A program made the position numbers and the translations under genes. A stretch of DNA of 64,000 nucleotides from an uncultured Acidobacteriota bacterium (GTDB lineage: Bacteria; Acidobacteriota; Thermoanaerobaculia; Multivoradales; DATKCC01). This document shows, one piece after another, positions 27,043-37,271 of this stretch; the stretch's first letter is position 1; each line of letters opens with the position of its first letter. Location of the stretch: positions 201,700-265,699 of the forward strand of contig CAWIQD010000009.1 in assembly GCA_963837945.1 (NCBI GenBank). The letters are read 5' to 3'. The notes beneath the pieces are model-generated. The model did not search any database, was not told where the DNA came from, and saw only the letters and a list, made by a program, of their open reading frames with translations.

Positions 27043-29048
27043 CTCAGGCGACCTACGACGTGGTGATCGTCGGCGCCGGCATCGCCGGCAGCCTGATCGC
27101 GCGAGAGCTGGGCCGCGCCGGCAAGCGCGTGCTGATCCTCGAGGGCGGGCCGTCGCAGCCGCCGACCAACCGCGAACGCTACATGGAGAACTTCTTCCTC
27201 AACGTCAACAAGACGCCCGAGTCGCCCTACCCGCCGCTCGCCGAGAAGCCCGCCGACGAGCCCACGCCGCGGGCGACCGTCCGCGACACCTTCACCGACA
27301 ACGTCGCCCAGGGCTTCCCCGGCGACCTCGGCCAGCCGGACGGCTTCATCTACGACCCGGACACGAGCTACCTCCTCCAGAAGGGCCCGCTGCCCTTCGC
27401 CAGCACCTACGAGCGGGTGTCCGGGGGCACGACCTGGCACTGGCTGGGCACGAGCCTACGCTTCCTCGTGGACGACTTCTCGATGCAGACGACCTACGGC
27501 GTCGAGACGAACTGGCCGATCACCCAGGCGGACCTCCTCCCCTACTACAACCGGGCCGAGTCGGACATCGGCGTCTCCGCCGACGCCCAGGTCCAGGAGC
27601 AGGACCTGGGGCCCACGGGGCTCAAGTACGAGCCGCCGGGCTACCAGTACCCCATGCAGGCGATCCCCCTCTCCCTGGTCGACGAGGCGATCGCGGCGCT
27701 CGACGGCACCGACGACTTCGTGGACTTCGAAGGCCTCCCCGTCCAGGTCACCTCCACCCCCCAGGGCCGCAACAGCCAGCCCCGGGGCAGCCGCCGCACC
27801 TGCGCGGGCAATACCAACTGCATCCCGATCTGCCCGATCCAGGCCAAGTACGACGCCACCGTGACCCTGTCGGAGGCTCAGCAGACGGGCAACGTGACGG
27901 TGATCGACCAGGCGGTCGCGACCCGCGTGACGGTGGACGAGAACGGCCGCGTCTCGGGCGTCGAGTACACCACCTGGGCGCGGGACGGCGGCGGGCTCCA
28001 CACGACGCCGGGCCAGACCGCGGTGGGAACGCTCTACGTGCTCGCCGCCCACGCCATCGAGACGCCGAAGCTGCTGCTCATGTCCCGAACCGGCGACCAG
28101 GGCGCGCTGGCGGGCGGCGTCGCCAACTCGAGCGACCAGGTGGGGCGGAACCTGATGGACCACCCGCTCTACCTCTCCTGGGCGCTCATGCGGGACAAGG
28201 TCTACGGCTACCGGGGACCGCTCTCGACCTCCGGCATCGAGACGCTCAGAAACGGCGCCTTCCGCAGCCAGCGCGCCGCCTGGCGGGTGGAGATCGGCAA
28301 CGAGGGCTGGAACTTCTCGATCGGCGACCCCTGGACGACGGTGGGCGACTTCGTGAACGGCACCAACGCGAGCCAGCTCAACCCGGGGGGTGAGACGCTC
28401 TTCGGGGCGGCGCTGGTCGCCAAGCTCAACGACGTCTTCCCCCGCCAGTGGCGGATGGGGTTCCTGGTGGAGCAGACGCCGGAGCGCGAAAACCGCGTGA
28501 CCCTCTCGACCGACCTGCCAGGCGGTGCGGCCTACACCGACGGGCTCGGCCTGCCGCGCCCGGTGATCCACTACTCGCTCTCCGAGTACACCAAGCTCGG
28601 CTTCGTCTACGCCGAGGTCTTCGCCCGGCAGGTCTACCAGCGCCTGGCCGCCCGCTGCTACACCCAGAACCCGAAGATGCTGACTCGCTCCGACGGCTCG
28701 CAGGTGCAAAATCCCACGTGGTTCCCGATGGAGCCCCAGTGGCGTCAGGTCTTCGAGCAGCTCCCACCCGAGCTCAAGGACCCGGCGCTGACCAACCTGC
28801 CGGCCTCCTCGGGCGGCGTGCCGGAAGGCTTCCAGTACTTCGGCTCCGGCCACATCGTGGGGACCTACGCCATGGGCTCGGCGGCCTCGAGCTCGGTCCT
28901 CGACGCCGACCAGCGCTCCTGGGACCACGAGAACCTCTACATGGTCGGGAGCGGCGTCTTCCCCACCATCACCACCGCCAACCCGACGCTGACCATCGCG
29001 GCCCTGGCGCTCAGGGCGGCCGACGCGATCGTGAAGGCGCTCGGCTGA
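27039..29048 (+). CDS. GMC family FAD oxidoreductase (dehydrogenase large subunit, 3Fe-4S type)
   Basis: GAGIAG, GGTTWHWLG, CAGNTNCIPICPIQAKY, VGRNLMDH, HIVGT, NPTLT. Confidence 0.93.
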   Translation: MTQATYDVVIVGAGIAGSLIARELGRAGKRVLILEGGPSQPPTNRERYMENFFLNVNKTPESPYPPLAEKPADEPTPRATVRDTFTDNVAQGFPGDLGQPDGFIYDPDTSYLLQKGPLPFASTYERVSGGTTWHWLGTSLRFLVDDFSMQTTYGVETNWPITQADLLPYYNRAESDIGVSADAQVQEQDLGPTGLKYEPPGYQYPMQAIPLSLVDEAIAALDGTDDFVDFEGLPVQVTSTPQGRNSQPRGSRRTCAGNTNCIPICPIQAKYDATVTLSEAQQTGNVTVIDQAVATRVTVDENGRVSGVEYTTWARDGGGLHTTPGQTAVGTLYVLAAHAIETPKLLLMSRTGDQGALAGGVANSSDQVGRNLMDHPLYLSWALMRDKVYGYRGPLSTSGIETLRNGAFRSQRAAWRVEIGNEGWNFSIGDPWTTVGDFVNGTNASQLNPGGETLFGAALVAKLNDVFPRQWRMGFLVEQTPERENRVTLSTDLPGGAAYTDGLGLPRPVIHYSLSEYTKLGFVYAEVFARQVYQRLAARCYTQNPKMLTRSDGSQVQNPTWFPMEPQWRQVFEQLPPELKDPALTNLPASSGGVPEGFQYFGSGHIVGTYAMGSAASSSVLDADQRSWDHENLYMVGSGVFPTITTANPTLTIAALALRAADAIVKALG

Positions 29049-29064
29049 TCGAGGTGGCGACGGC

Positions 29065-29601
29065 ATGACCGCGGCCGACCCGCCAGCCGCCGTCCGCCGG
29101 ATCATCGAGCGGTTCGGCCTGGCGCCGCACCCGGAGGGAGGCTTCTACCGCGAGGTCTACCGCGCCGATCTCGCCCTGGTCCATCGCGGGATCCCGGAAG
29201 GATCGGAGAGCCGGGAACGCTCCGCCTCGACCGCGATCTACTTCCTCCTGCCGGAAGGTGAGATCTCCGCCTTCCACCGGGTGCGCTGGACGGACGAGGT
29301 CTGGCACCTCTACGCCGGCGGGCCGCTCGAGCTCCACCTGATCCACGGGGACGCCGGTTACGAGACGCGCGTCCTGAGCGGCGACCCGGAGGGGAGCGGG
29401 CCGGACGACGGGCCGATGGCCGTCGTCGAGGCGGGCTGCTGGCAGGCGGCGCGGCCGGCCCCGGGCGCCGGCTACGCCTTCGGTGGCTGTACGGTCGCCC
29501 CCGGCTTCGACTTCGCCGACTTCGAGCTGCCCACGGCCGACGAGCTGGTGGCCGCGTTCCCGGAGCACGAGGCGATGATCCGGCAGCTCGCCCGGGCCTG
29601 A
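29065..29601 (+). CDS. cupin domain protein (DUF985/Cupin_5)
   Basis: HPEGGFYRE, STAIYFLL, DEVWHLY, WQAA, CTVAPGFDF. Confidence 0.93.
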   Translation: MTAADPPAAVRRIIERFGLAPHPEGGFYREVYRADLALVHRGIPEGSESRERSASTAIYFLLPEGEISAFHRVRWTDEVWHLYAGGPLELHLIHGDAGYETRVLSGDPEGSGPDDGPMAVVEAGCWQAARPAPGAGYAFGGCTVAPGFDFADFELPTADELVAAFPEHEAMIRQLARA

Positions 29602-29632
29602 CCGCCCGCAGACTTGCCTCGGGCCGGCTCGC

Positions 29633-30265
29633 TCAGTGGCCGGAGGCGCTCGAGGCCGCGCTCGCCGGCGCCGCCGCCTCGGGCAGGTCGCCCTCGACGT
29701 CCCCGACGATCGTCATCTCGACCTCGACCTGCTTGGCCACCCGTAGCACGAAGAAGCTCGGGTCGTGGAGCCCCCAGTCGACGTAGGGGATCTCGATCGT
29801 CGCGACGGCCCGCACCCGGCGGCCGTCGAGGGTCGCCGTCGCCGGCACGTCGACCGGGTGCGACTCGCCCTTGAGCTCGAGGGTGCCGTGGAGCTGGACG
29901 TCGTTTTCGCCCTGGTGGAGGCCCGCCGGCAGGTCGACCTGCTCGACGTGGTAGACGGCCATCGGGTAGCGGTCCGTCGCGAGAACCTGGTCGTGCATCT
30001 TGCGGTCCCGGCGGTCGATGCCGGTGTCGGACTTCGTGAGGTCGAGGTCCACCTCGCCCGTCGCGTCTCCCGATGCCGGGTCGAACGCGATCCGGCCGGA
30101 GGGCGAGCCGAGCCGGCCGTGCACCGTGTGCAAGGTGGCGCCCAGGACGAAGTCGAGGGAGCTCGCGCCGGGATCGACCCGCAGGACCAGCATCTGGCCG
30201 GCGGAGGCCCCGCGCGGGGCGAGGAGAAGGGCCATGGAGAGAGGGAGGATCCACGTCGTGCGCAT
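29633..30265 (-). CDS. YceI family lipid/polyisoprenoid-binding protein
   Basis: signal peptide, TLHTVHG, DTGIDRRDRKM, GTLELKG. Confidence 0.85.
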   Translation of the reverse strand: MRTTWILPLSMALLLAPRGASAGQMLVLRVDPGASSLDFVLGATLHTVHGRLGSPSGRIAFDPASGDATGEVDLDLTKSDTGIDRRDRKMHDQVLATDRYPMAVYHVEQVDLPAGLHQGENDVQLHGTLELKGESHPVDVPATATLDGRRVRAVATIEIPYVDWGLHDPSFFVLRVAKQVEVEMTIVGDVEGDLPEAAAPASAASSASGH

Positions 30266-30384
30266 GGCGTTCCTCGTTCGGGATTGGAGGTGTCGGACCT
30301 GGCGGCCGGGCATGGCGCTGGTAGGTCTCCCGGCGCGCCCGGCCGGTTCAATCGGTGGGCAGCCCGCCGGGTCCCGGCTCGCCG

Positions 30385-31290
30385 CTACTGGACGAGCGCG
30401 ACCAGGCCCTGGGTCCAGGGCACGAGCTTGTCGACCAGGATGAAGGCGAAGGTCGCGAGGTAGAGGAAGCGCACCAGGCGCCGCTCGGGCTCGAGCTGGG
30501 CGACCCCCATGATGGTCAGCAGCCACCCGAAGCCCGCGACGTTGGCGAAGGGGTAGGTCATCCAGCAGAACAAGAGGAGCAGCCAGTCGCGCAGCGGCGC
30601 GACCTCGAGGCGCCGCGGCAGGAGGAAGAAGACCCCGACCGAGGCCTCGACGAGCGCCGTCCACCAGGTCGAGACGTAGGCGAGCAGCACCTGGCGTTGG
30701 GGCTCGATGAGCTGCACGGACGTGAGGCCGAGCTTGCCCTCGCCGAGCCGCCGCATCAGCTCCAGGTTGTGCCGGTAGGCCTCGGCCGACATGCCGCCGG
30801 CGAGCCGCGAAAGCTCCCGGAAACGGGTGTCGGCGAGGAGCACGGCGCGGAAGAACTCCCCGTTCATGAAGTCGGGCGAGAGGACCACCTTCCAGAGCGC
30901 CGCCAGCACGAAGACCAGCCCGACCATCCAGCGGGCGTTCGTCGCCAGGGTCGGGCCGCTCTCGTCGCTGAAGGCGAGCGAGCAGGCGAGCGCCAGGCAC
31001 CAGTAGACGAGCAGAAACCCGTGGTTGTCCATGAAGCTCCATGCCGGGATCACCCAGGAGGCGACGGCCAGGGCGAAGAGGAGCCAGAAGCCGGCCCGCC
31101 GGGCGAGCCAGGGCACCAGCAGGCCGCAGGAGGCCATCAGGAGCACCGGGACGTGGGCCCACCAGGGCCCGAGCGGCCGGACCATGAAGTAGATCAGGGT
31201 CAGCCGGGCCGCGAGATCGAAGGGCTCGATCTCCGCGAGGGTCGCCCCCAGGCGCCGCCACCAGGAGGTGCGGGCGTCAGCGCGCGCCAT
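30385..31290 (-). CDS. multi-pass membrane protein (possibly HTTM/VKGC-like)
   Basis: ~8 TM helices, DNHGFL, AALWK..SPDF..GE. Confidence 0.7.
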   Translation of the reverse strand: MARADARTSWWRRLGATLAEIEPFDLAARLTLIYFMVRPLGPWWAHVPVLLMASCGLLVPWLARRAGFWLLFALAVASWVIPAWSFMDNHGFLLVYWCLALACSLAFSDESGPTLATNARWMVGLVFVLAALWKVVLSPDFMNGEFFRAVLLADTRFRELSRLAGGMSAEAYRHNLELMRRLGEGKLGLTSVQLIEPQRQVLLAYVSTWWTALVEASVGVFFLLPRRLEVAPLRDWLLLLFCWMTYPFANVAGFGWLLTIMGVAQLEPERRLVRFLYLATFAFILVDKLVPWTQGLVALVQ

Positions 31291-31744
31291 CGCCGACCTC
31301 GTAGCGGACGCTACGCCAGGGGTGGACGGAGAGGGTCGAGGTGCCGGGGTCGAAGCCGGTCTTCCAGACCTCGACCCGCACGGCCTCGACGGTCCGCTTG
31401 CCGGGCCGGAGCCGGGAGGCCACCCGCCGGGCGAGGTCGCGCATGCGGTGCTCGGTGGGCAGGCAGGCCAGGGCGTAGGCCGGCCCGCCGAGGTCCTTCG
31501 GGAGCTTCAGCCGCCGCTCCCACCCGTCGCCCACGGCGTAGACCCGGACCGGCCGGTAGGAGGAGCTGTCGAGGGTCGAGAACATCCCGAACCCGCCCCC
31601 CTTCCATGGCGTCAGGATCCAGAGCTTGGCGAGCGGGACCTGGACCGCGGCCACCGCCAGGAGGAGATAGAGCGCCAGGAAGCGCAGGGGGTTCTTCCGG
31701 TGCCGGGCCGTCCGGCCGGCGTGCTCTGCCGAAGGTCGAGTCAT
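31277..31744 (-). CDS. small membrane-anchored partner protein
   Basis: N-terminal TM followed by TPWKGGGFGMFST; overlaps the downstream gene. Confidence 0.7.
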   Translation of the reverse strand: MTRPSAEHAGRTARHRKNPLRFLALYLLLAVAAVQVPLAKLWILTPWKGGGFGMFSTLDSSSYRPVRVYAVGDGWERRLKLPKDLGGPAYALACLPTEHRMRDLARRVASRLRPGKRTVEAVRVEVWKTGFDPGTSTLSVHPWRSVRYEVGDGAR

Positions 31745-31818
31745 GGAGTTTCCGGGGTTCGAGGGCCGATTTCATCACACCCCGTCCCCCAACCCGTGAA
31801 CATATGCCCAACCCTCTG

Positions 31819-31848
31819 TTGACACCGGGACACCGGGCTGGCAATACT
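31819..31848 (+). promoter_or_regulatory. putative sigma70 promoter of the beta-helix gene
   Basis: TTGACA (31819-31824), 18 bp, AATACT. Confidence 0.35.
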
Positions 31849-31892
31849 CGACCAATCCGCTCACAAAGGAGCTCCACCAAGGAGGGGACTTC

Positions 31893-34793
31893 GTGTATCG
31901 ATCTGCATTGCTGCGGCCGGAGGAGTGGGGATTCGTACGCAAGACGCTGGGCTGGTGCCTGGTGCTCTTCCTCCTGAGCGGGGCGGTGACCGTGCCCGAG
32001 GTGTGGGCGGCCACCTTCTACGTCAACGCGGCGACCGGCGACGACTCCCGGACGCCCGCCATGGCCCAGGACAGCTCGACCCCCTGGCAGACGCTCACCA
32101 AGGCGCTCGACAACGTCGCGAGCGGCGACAGCGTCCAGGTCGCCTCGGGCACCTACGACGCCGCCCTCGGCGAGTCCTATCCCCTCGAGCTCCAGAGCGG
32201 GGTCGCCGTCCAGGGCGCCGGCAAGACGACCACCACGCTCTCGGCCCCGGCCGGCACCGACGTCTTCGAGAACCTCGACACGCCGCTCTCCTCGGGCACC
32301 ACCCTCTCCGGCTTCACCCTGACCCACGACGGTGCGGTCAGCTCGATGACCAGCCAGACCCTGATCCACCTCGAGCCGACCTCCGTGGCGATGGCGCCGG
32401 TGATCGACGACAACGCCTTCGTGTCCCGGGGTTCCGACTACGAGTACGGCATCGCCGTCGACACCGACGCGAGCTCCGCGGCCGCTCGCACGTTCTCCGG
32501 CACGATCAGCAACAACACCTTCGACGCTTTCTACGCCGGCGTCTACCTGTCGGCGGACCTGGAGGCCTCGCCCGGCGGGAGCGTCGTCTTCAACCCGACG
32601 GTCTCGGGCAACACCTTTACGGACAACGAGTTCGCCATCTCCGCGAACATGGACGATTACCAGGGGACGTCCTTCCAGGACACGACCAAGATCGTCGACA
32701 ACGTGGCGACCGGATCGTCCGCGGGCGACATCTTCTACTACGTCGACTTCGAGACCGGCAACGCGTCGTCTCAGCCACTGATCTCGGGCAACAGCCTTTC
32801 CGGCTCAACCTACGAGAGCATCTCCCTGTCGTTCGAGACCCTGGAGACGGCCTACGACTCGCCCTCCGGCAGCACGGTCCTCACCGCCTCGCCGACGGTC
32901 ACCAACAACACGATCCAGGGTGGCGGGAGCGACGGCATCTACATCTACTACTCCGAGGCCGACGGGGGCTCGGTGATCGCCCACGCGAACGTCAGCGGCA
33001 ACGAGATCGGGGACCGCGAAGGCGACGGCATCTACCTCGAGCTCTACGAAGAGTTCTACCCGGACGGCGACCAGACGAACCTGGACTTCACGATCGCCAA
33101 CAACTCGGTGACCGACTCCACCTATGCCGGGATCGTCATGAGCGCCTTCTCCCTGGACGAGTATCCGGAGCTTCGCAACTCGACCTCCACCATCGCCGGC
33201 AACGTGGTCGACAACCCGGGGAGCACAGGAATCGTCGACCGATGGGACTACGACGGCGATGCGTACGGCACCCTGAGCCGGGTGATCTCCGGCAACACGG
33301 TGACCAACGGCGACAGCGAGTCGGACGGTATCTTCGCCGAGGGCTCCTACCAGTCCTCCCTCGACGCCGCGAACCTCGACATCCATGACAACGTGGTCGA
33401 CCAGGGGTTCGGTGACGGCATCGAGCTCTACTACACCTACTGGCCGGCGGCGAGCCAGGTGCTCGCACGCTGCAACACGGTGACCAACAACCTCCGCGGC
33501 TTCGTGGTGGACTCCTCCGCCAGCTCCACCGCGAGCTCCGAGGCGCCCGACCTGGGCGGCGGCGGGAGCGGCTCGCCGGGCCTCAACTCCTTCCACGACA
33601 ACTCGATCGCCGATCTGACGGCCAATACCGACGACCAGTTCGCGCAGAGCAACTGGTGGGGCACGACGAATTCGGCCACGATCGCGAGCCACATCGACGG
33701 CACCTACGCCGGCACCGTCGACTTCACCAACTTCCTCTCGGGCCCGCCCTCCGTCACTGCGGCCAACGACCTCACGGCCTCGGTCTCGGGCGACGTCATC
33801 ACCTACACCGCGACCCTCGAGGGGACCGGCGACTGCGGCTGCGCCAGCAGCACGTTCACCGCGCCGACGCCGGCCAACACCACGATCGTCCCGGGCTCGG
33901 CCATCGTCTCCGGAGCGACCGGGCCCTCGGTCCAGGGCGAGGATCCGGTCGAGGTCTGGGTCGGCGAGCTCGGGGCGGGCCAGATGGTGACCGTGACCTG
34001 GATGGTGCAGGTCGATTCCGGCTACGAGGGCGACGTCTCGGAGCAGGCGACGTTCGGCTGCACCCAGCTCGCCGCCGACGTGGCGAGCGACGACCCCGGC
34101 ACGGCGGCGGCCGTGGATCCGACGGTCGTGACGATCGCAGGGCCGGTCTCGGTGATCGAGGTGCCGACCCTCCAGACGGCGGGGCTCGCGACCCTCATCG
34201 TGCTCCTGCTGCTCGCCGGCTGGTTCCTGGTGGAGGACCGGCGACGGCGCCTGCTCCTGATGCTCGTCCTCGGCCTGTCGCTCGGCGCCCTGGGAGTGCG
34301 CGCCGCGGTCCACGCACCGGCCAGGGCGGACGGCGTGACCGCCGCGGCGACCACCAAGACGCACGCGGCCCGGAGCCCGGAGGCGATCGAGAAGGCGCGG
34401 CAGGCCCGGCTCGCCCGGCGCTCGCTCCACGCGGCGGCCCTCTCTCGGCTCGCCGTCGACGGCAAGACCGTGCGCCTGGCGCTCTCCGACGGCACCGCCC
34501 TCACCGTGCCCCGGAGCCGGGTGCACGTGCTGCCGATCAAGCTCGACAAGGCGGCCAAGCGGGGGCTCACCCGGCACGACAAGCGCGCCACGCAGCGGCG
34601 CCGGGCCGACTCGAAGCGGCTCGAGAACCTCCGCCCCGGCCAGGCCCTGATGGTCAAGGTCCACTACGACGCCGACGGATCGGTGCGCAGCGTCAAGCTG
34701 CGGCCGGCCTCGGACCTGGCGGCGGCCAAGGCCGAGGTGGCCCGCGCCCAGACGCCCCGCCTCGCGCCCAAGGCCCGAGCGGCCGGCCACTGA
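31893..34793 (+). CDS. secreted right-handed beta-helix protein (DUF1565-like N-terminus) with internal IPTL-CTERM-like sorting signal and basic C-terminal domain
   Basis: YVNAATGDD..GTY..GESYPL, repeated ISGN/NNT/DGI strands, NWWG, VPTL+TM+RRRR at ~34161-34250. Confidence 0.85.
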   Translation: MYRSALLRPEEWGFVRKTLGWCLVLFLLSGAVTVPEVWAATFYVNAATGDDSRTPAMAQDSSTPWQTLTKALDNVASGDSVQVASGTYDAALGESYPLELQSGVAVQGAGKTTTTLSAPAGTDVFENLDTPLSSGTTLSGFTLTHDGAVSSMTSQTLIHLEPTSVAMAPVIDDNAFVSRGSDYEYGIAVDTDASSAAARTFSGTISNNTFDAFYAGVYLSADLEASPGGSVVFNPTVSGNTFTDNEFAISANMDDYQGTSFQDTTKIVDNVATGSSAGDIFYYVDFETGNASSQPLISGNSLSGSTYESISLSFETLETAYDSPSGSTVLTASPTVTNNTIQGGGSDGIYIYYSEADGGSVIAHANVSGNEIGDREGDGIYLELYEEFYPDGDQTNLDFTIANNSVTDSTYAGIVMSAFSLDEYPELRNSTSTIAGNVVDNPGSTGIVDRWDYDGDAYGTLSRVISGNTVTNGDSESDGIFAEGSYQSSLDAANLDIHDNVVDQGFGDGIELYYTYWPAASQVLARCNTVTNNLRGFVVDSSASSTASSEAPDLGGGGSGSPGLNSFHDNSIADLTANTDDQFAQSNWWGTTNSATIASHIDGTYAGTVDFTNFLSGPPSVTAANDLTASVSGDVITYTATLEGTGDCGCASSTFTAPTPANTTIVPGSAIVSGATGPSVQGEDPVEVWVGELGAGQMVTVTWMVQVDSGYEGDVSEQATFGCTQLAADVASDDPGTAAAVDPTVVTIAGPVSVIEVPTLQTAGLATLIVLLLLAGWFLVEDRRRRLLLMLVLGLSLGALGVRAAVHAPARADGVTAAATTKTHAARSPEAIEKARQARLARRSLHAAALSRLAVDGKTVRLALSDGTALTVPRSRVHVLPIKLDKAAKRGLTRHDKRATQRRRADSKRLENLRPGQALMVKVHYDADGSVRSVKLRPASDLAAAKAEVARAQTPRLAPKARAAGH

Positions 34794-34818
34794 GCCCGGC
34801 TCATCGTGCGCTTCTCCG

Positions 34819-34854
34819 ACGGCCCGCCCGGCGATCCGGGCGGGCCGTTCGCTT
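34819..34854 (+). terminator. hairpin terminator-like element
   Basis: ACGGCCCGCCCGG-CGAT-CCGGGCGGGCCGT then TCGCTT. Confidence 0.55.
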
Positions 34855-34874
34855 GGTAGACTCGGCAGTCCTCG

Positions 34875-37271
34875 ATGCGTAGATTCCTCCGTCTCCTGGC
34901 CGTTCTCCCTCTGCTCGCGGCCCTCGCCGGCTGCCGGGGACCGTCGCGCCCCAACCTGCTCCTGGTCACCTTCGACACCACGCGCTGGGACCACATGGGT
35001 TACGCCAGCGGGCGCCAGAGCCTCACCCCGATGCTCGACGCGATGGCGAAGCGCGGCACCTGGTTCTCGGACGCGGTCACCGTGGCGCCGCTCACGCTCG
35101 TCTCCCACACCAGCATCATGACCGGGCTCTACCCGCCGCACCACGGGGTGCGCGACAACGGGATCTACTCCGTTCCGGCGGCGAACGTCACCCTGGCCGA
35201 GCGCCTGAAGGACGCCGGCTACGCCACCCACGCCGTGATCTCCGCCTTCGTCCTCGACAGCCAGTTCGGACTCGACCAGGGCTTCGAGAGCTACGACGAC
35301 GACCTCTCCGGCGGACCGCAGCGCATCCAGTTCATGTTCAAGGAGATCAAGGCGGCCCAGACCTCGGCCAAGGCGGTGCGCTGGCTCGAGCAGGAGCGGC
35401 CGAAGGACAAGCCCTTCTTCCTCTGGGTCCACTTCTTCGACCCGCACGCGAACTACGACCCGCCCGCCGACGTGGCGAAGCTCTTCCCCGACGACCCCTA
35501 CAGCGGCGAGATCCACTACGCCGACCGCGAGCTGGGCCGGATCTTCAAGTCGCTCGACGACTCGGGCGCCCTCGGCAAGACCGTCTTCGCCTTCACCGCC
35601 GACCACGGCGACAGCCTGGGCGAGCACGGCGAGAAGACCCACGGCATCTTCGTCTACAACTCGACGACCCACGTGCCGATGCTGCTCGAAGGCCCCGGCG
35701 TGCCCGCCGGGAAGAAGGTCGACGCGCTCGCCCGCACCGTCGACCTGGTGCCGACGGTCCTCGAGCTCCTGGGGCTGCCGCCGGCCTCTGGCCTCGACGG
35801 CCGGACGCTGTCGCCGCTCTGGAGCGGCCGGGAGAAGGACGACCGCGTGGCCTACATCGAGGCCCTGACGCCGGTCCTCAACTTCGGCTGGGCGCCGCTC
35901 CGGGCCCTGCGCACCTCGAGCTGGAAGGTGATCGAGGTGCCCCGCCCGGAGGCCTACGACGAGACCCACGACCCCGAGGAGAGCCACAACCTCGCCGCTC
36001 CGGGCGCCGGCGAGGAGGCGGCCGCGCCCCGCGAGCTGGCGGAGAAGCTCTCCGGCTACGCCGCCGCCGACCCCTTCGAGCACGGCGAGCAGCAGCCGGG
36101 CCAGGTGCCCCAGGAGACCCGGCAGAAGCTCGCCGCCCTCGGCTACCTGAGCGGCACAGGTCCGATCGCCGACCCGAAGGTGGAGCGGCCCGACCCCAAG
36201 GACCGGATCGAGGTCTGGAACCGCTTCGAGGAAGCGCAGTCGATGATCCGGAGCGGCGCCTACCAGGAGGCGGCCGACCGCCTGAAGACCCTCCTCGAGG
36301 GCGACCCGGAGAACGTCATGGCGATGCTCTCCTACGCCCAGGCCGTCGCTCGCCTCGGCGACAAGGACCGGGCCCTCGCCATCTACAAGCAGGTCATGGA
36401 CCTCGACCCGGGCCGCGACAACGCCTACCTCGGCTCCGCCCGCCTGCTCCAGGACCGGGGCGACTACGCCACGGCCCGCCCGCTGATCGAGCAGGTGCTC
36501 GAGATCGAGCCCAAGGACCCGGACGGCTATACGGCGATGGGCGACCTGCTCCTCGCCCAGGAGAAGTTCCAGGAGGCCGAGAGCTGGTTCCGCCGCGCCA
36601 TGGAGGTGGATCCCAACTCGATGCTCGCCGCCTCGGGGCTCGGCAACTGCCTCAACCGGGCGGGCCACGTCGAGGAGGCCGCGCGGGTGCTGCGCACCGC
36701 CTACGACCGCGATCCCACCAACGAGGCGGTGGCCTACAACCTGGGCGTCATCGCCGAGCGGCTGGGCGAGACCGACGCGGCGCTGAAGCTCTACCGGCAC
36801 ACGATCGACCTCGACGCCGAAAACTCCATGGCCTGGAACAACCTGGGCTCGCTCCTCGACCGCGCCGGCCGGCACGACCAGGCACTCCAGGCGATCGCCA
36901 AGGCCCACGAGATCGACCCGGAGAACGTCGAGGCGAGCTACAACCTGGGCTCGCTCCTGGCGCGCCAGGGCAAGGCCGCCCAGGCGCTGCCTCTCCTCGA
37001 AGCGGCGATCGCGGCGCGTCCGGAGCTGATCCAGGCCGCGGTCGCCCGCGCCAACGCCCTGGCCCAGCTCGGCCGCGTCCCGGAAGCTCTCGCCGCCTGG
37101 CGCCAGCTCGCCCCGTCCCATCCCGCGGCCTGGCTCCAGATCGCGCGCCTCGAGCTCGCCTCCGGCGACCGCGCCCAGGCCAAGGGCGCCCTCGACCGGG
37201 CGCTCGCCATGGGCGGCGACAAGGCGCGCGAGGCGGCCGCCCGCGATCCCCAGCTCAAGACCTTGCTGTAG
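34875..37271 (+). CDS. sulfatase-like lipoprotein with C-terminal TPR repeats
   Basis: LAGC lipobox, DTTRWDH, TLVSHTSIMTG, DPH, ADHG, LAALGYL, many TPRs. Confidence 0.92.
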   Translation: MRRFLRLLAVLPLLAALAGCRGPSRPNLLLVTFDTTRWDHMGYASGRQSLTPMLDAMAKRGTWFSDAVTVAPLTLVSHTSIMTGLYPPHHGVRDNGIYSVPAANVTLAERLKDAGYATHAVISAFVLDSQFGLDQGFESYDDDLSGGPQRIQFMFKEIKAAQTSAKAVRWLEQERPKDKPFFLWVHFFDPHANYDPPADVAKLFPDDPYSGEIHYADRELGRIFKSLDDSGALGKTVFAFTADHGDSLGEHGEKTHGIFVYNSTTHVPMLLEGPGVPAGKKVDALARTVDLVPTVLELLGLPPASGLDGRTLSPLWSGREKDDRVAYIEALTPVLNFGWAPLRALRTSSWKVIEVPRPEAYDETHDPEESHNLAAPGAGEEAAAPRELAEKLSGYAAADPFEHGEQQPGQVPQETRQKLAALGYLSGTGPIADPKVERPDPKDRIEVWNRFEEAQSMIRSGAYQEAADRLKTLLEGDPENVMAMLSYAQAVARLGDKDRALAIYKQVMDLDPGRDNAYLGSARLLQDRGDYATARPLIEQVLEIEPKDPDGYTAMGDLLLAQEKFQEAESWFRRAMEVDPNSMLAASGLGNCLNRAGHVEEAARVLRTAYDRDPTNEAVAYNLGVIAERLGETDAALKLYRHTIDLDAENSMAWNNLGSLLDRAGRHDQALQAIAKAHEIDPENVEASYNLGSLLARQGKAAQALPLLEAAIAARPELIQAAVARANALAQLGRVPEALAAWRQLAPSHPAAWLQIARLELASGDRAQAKGALDRALAMGGDKAREAAARDPQLKTLL

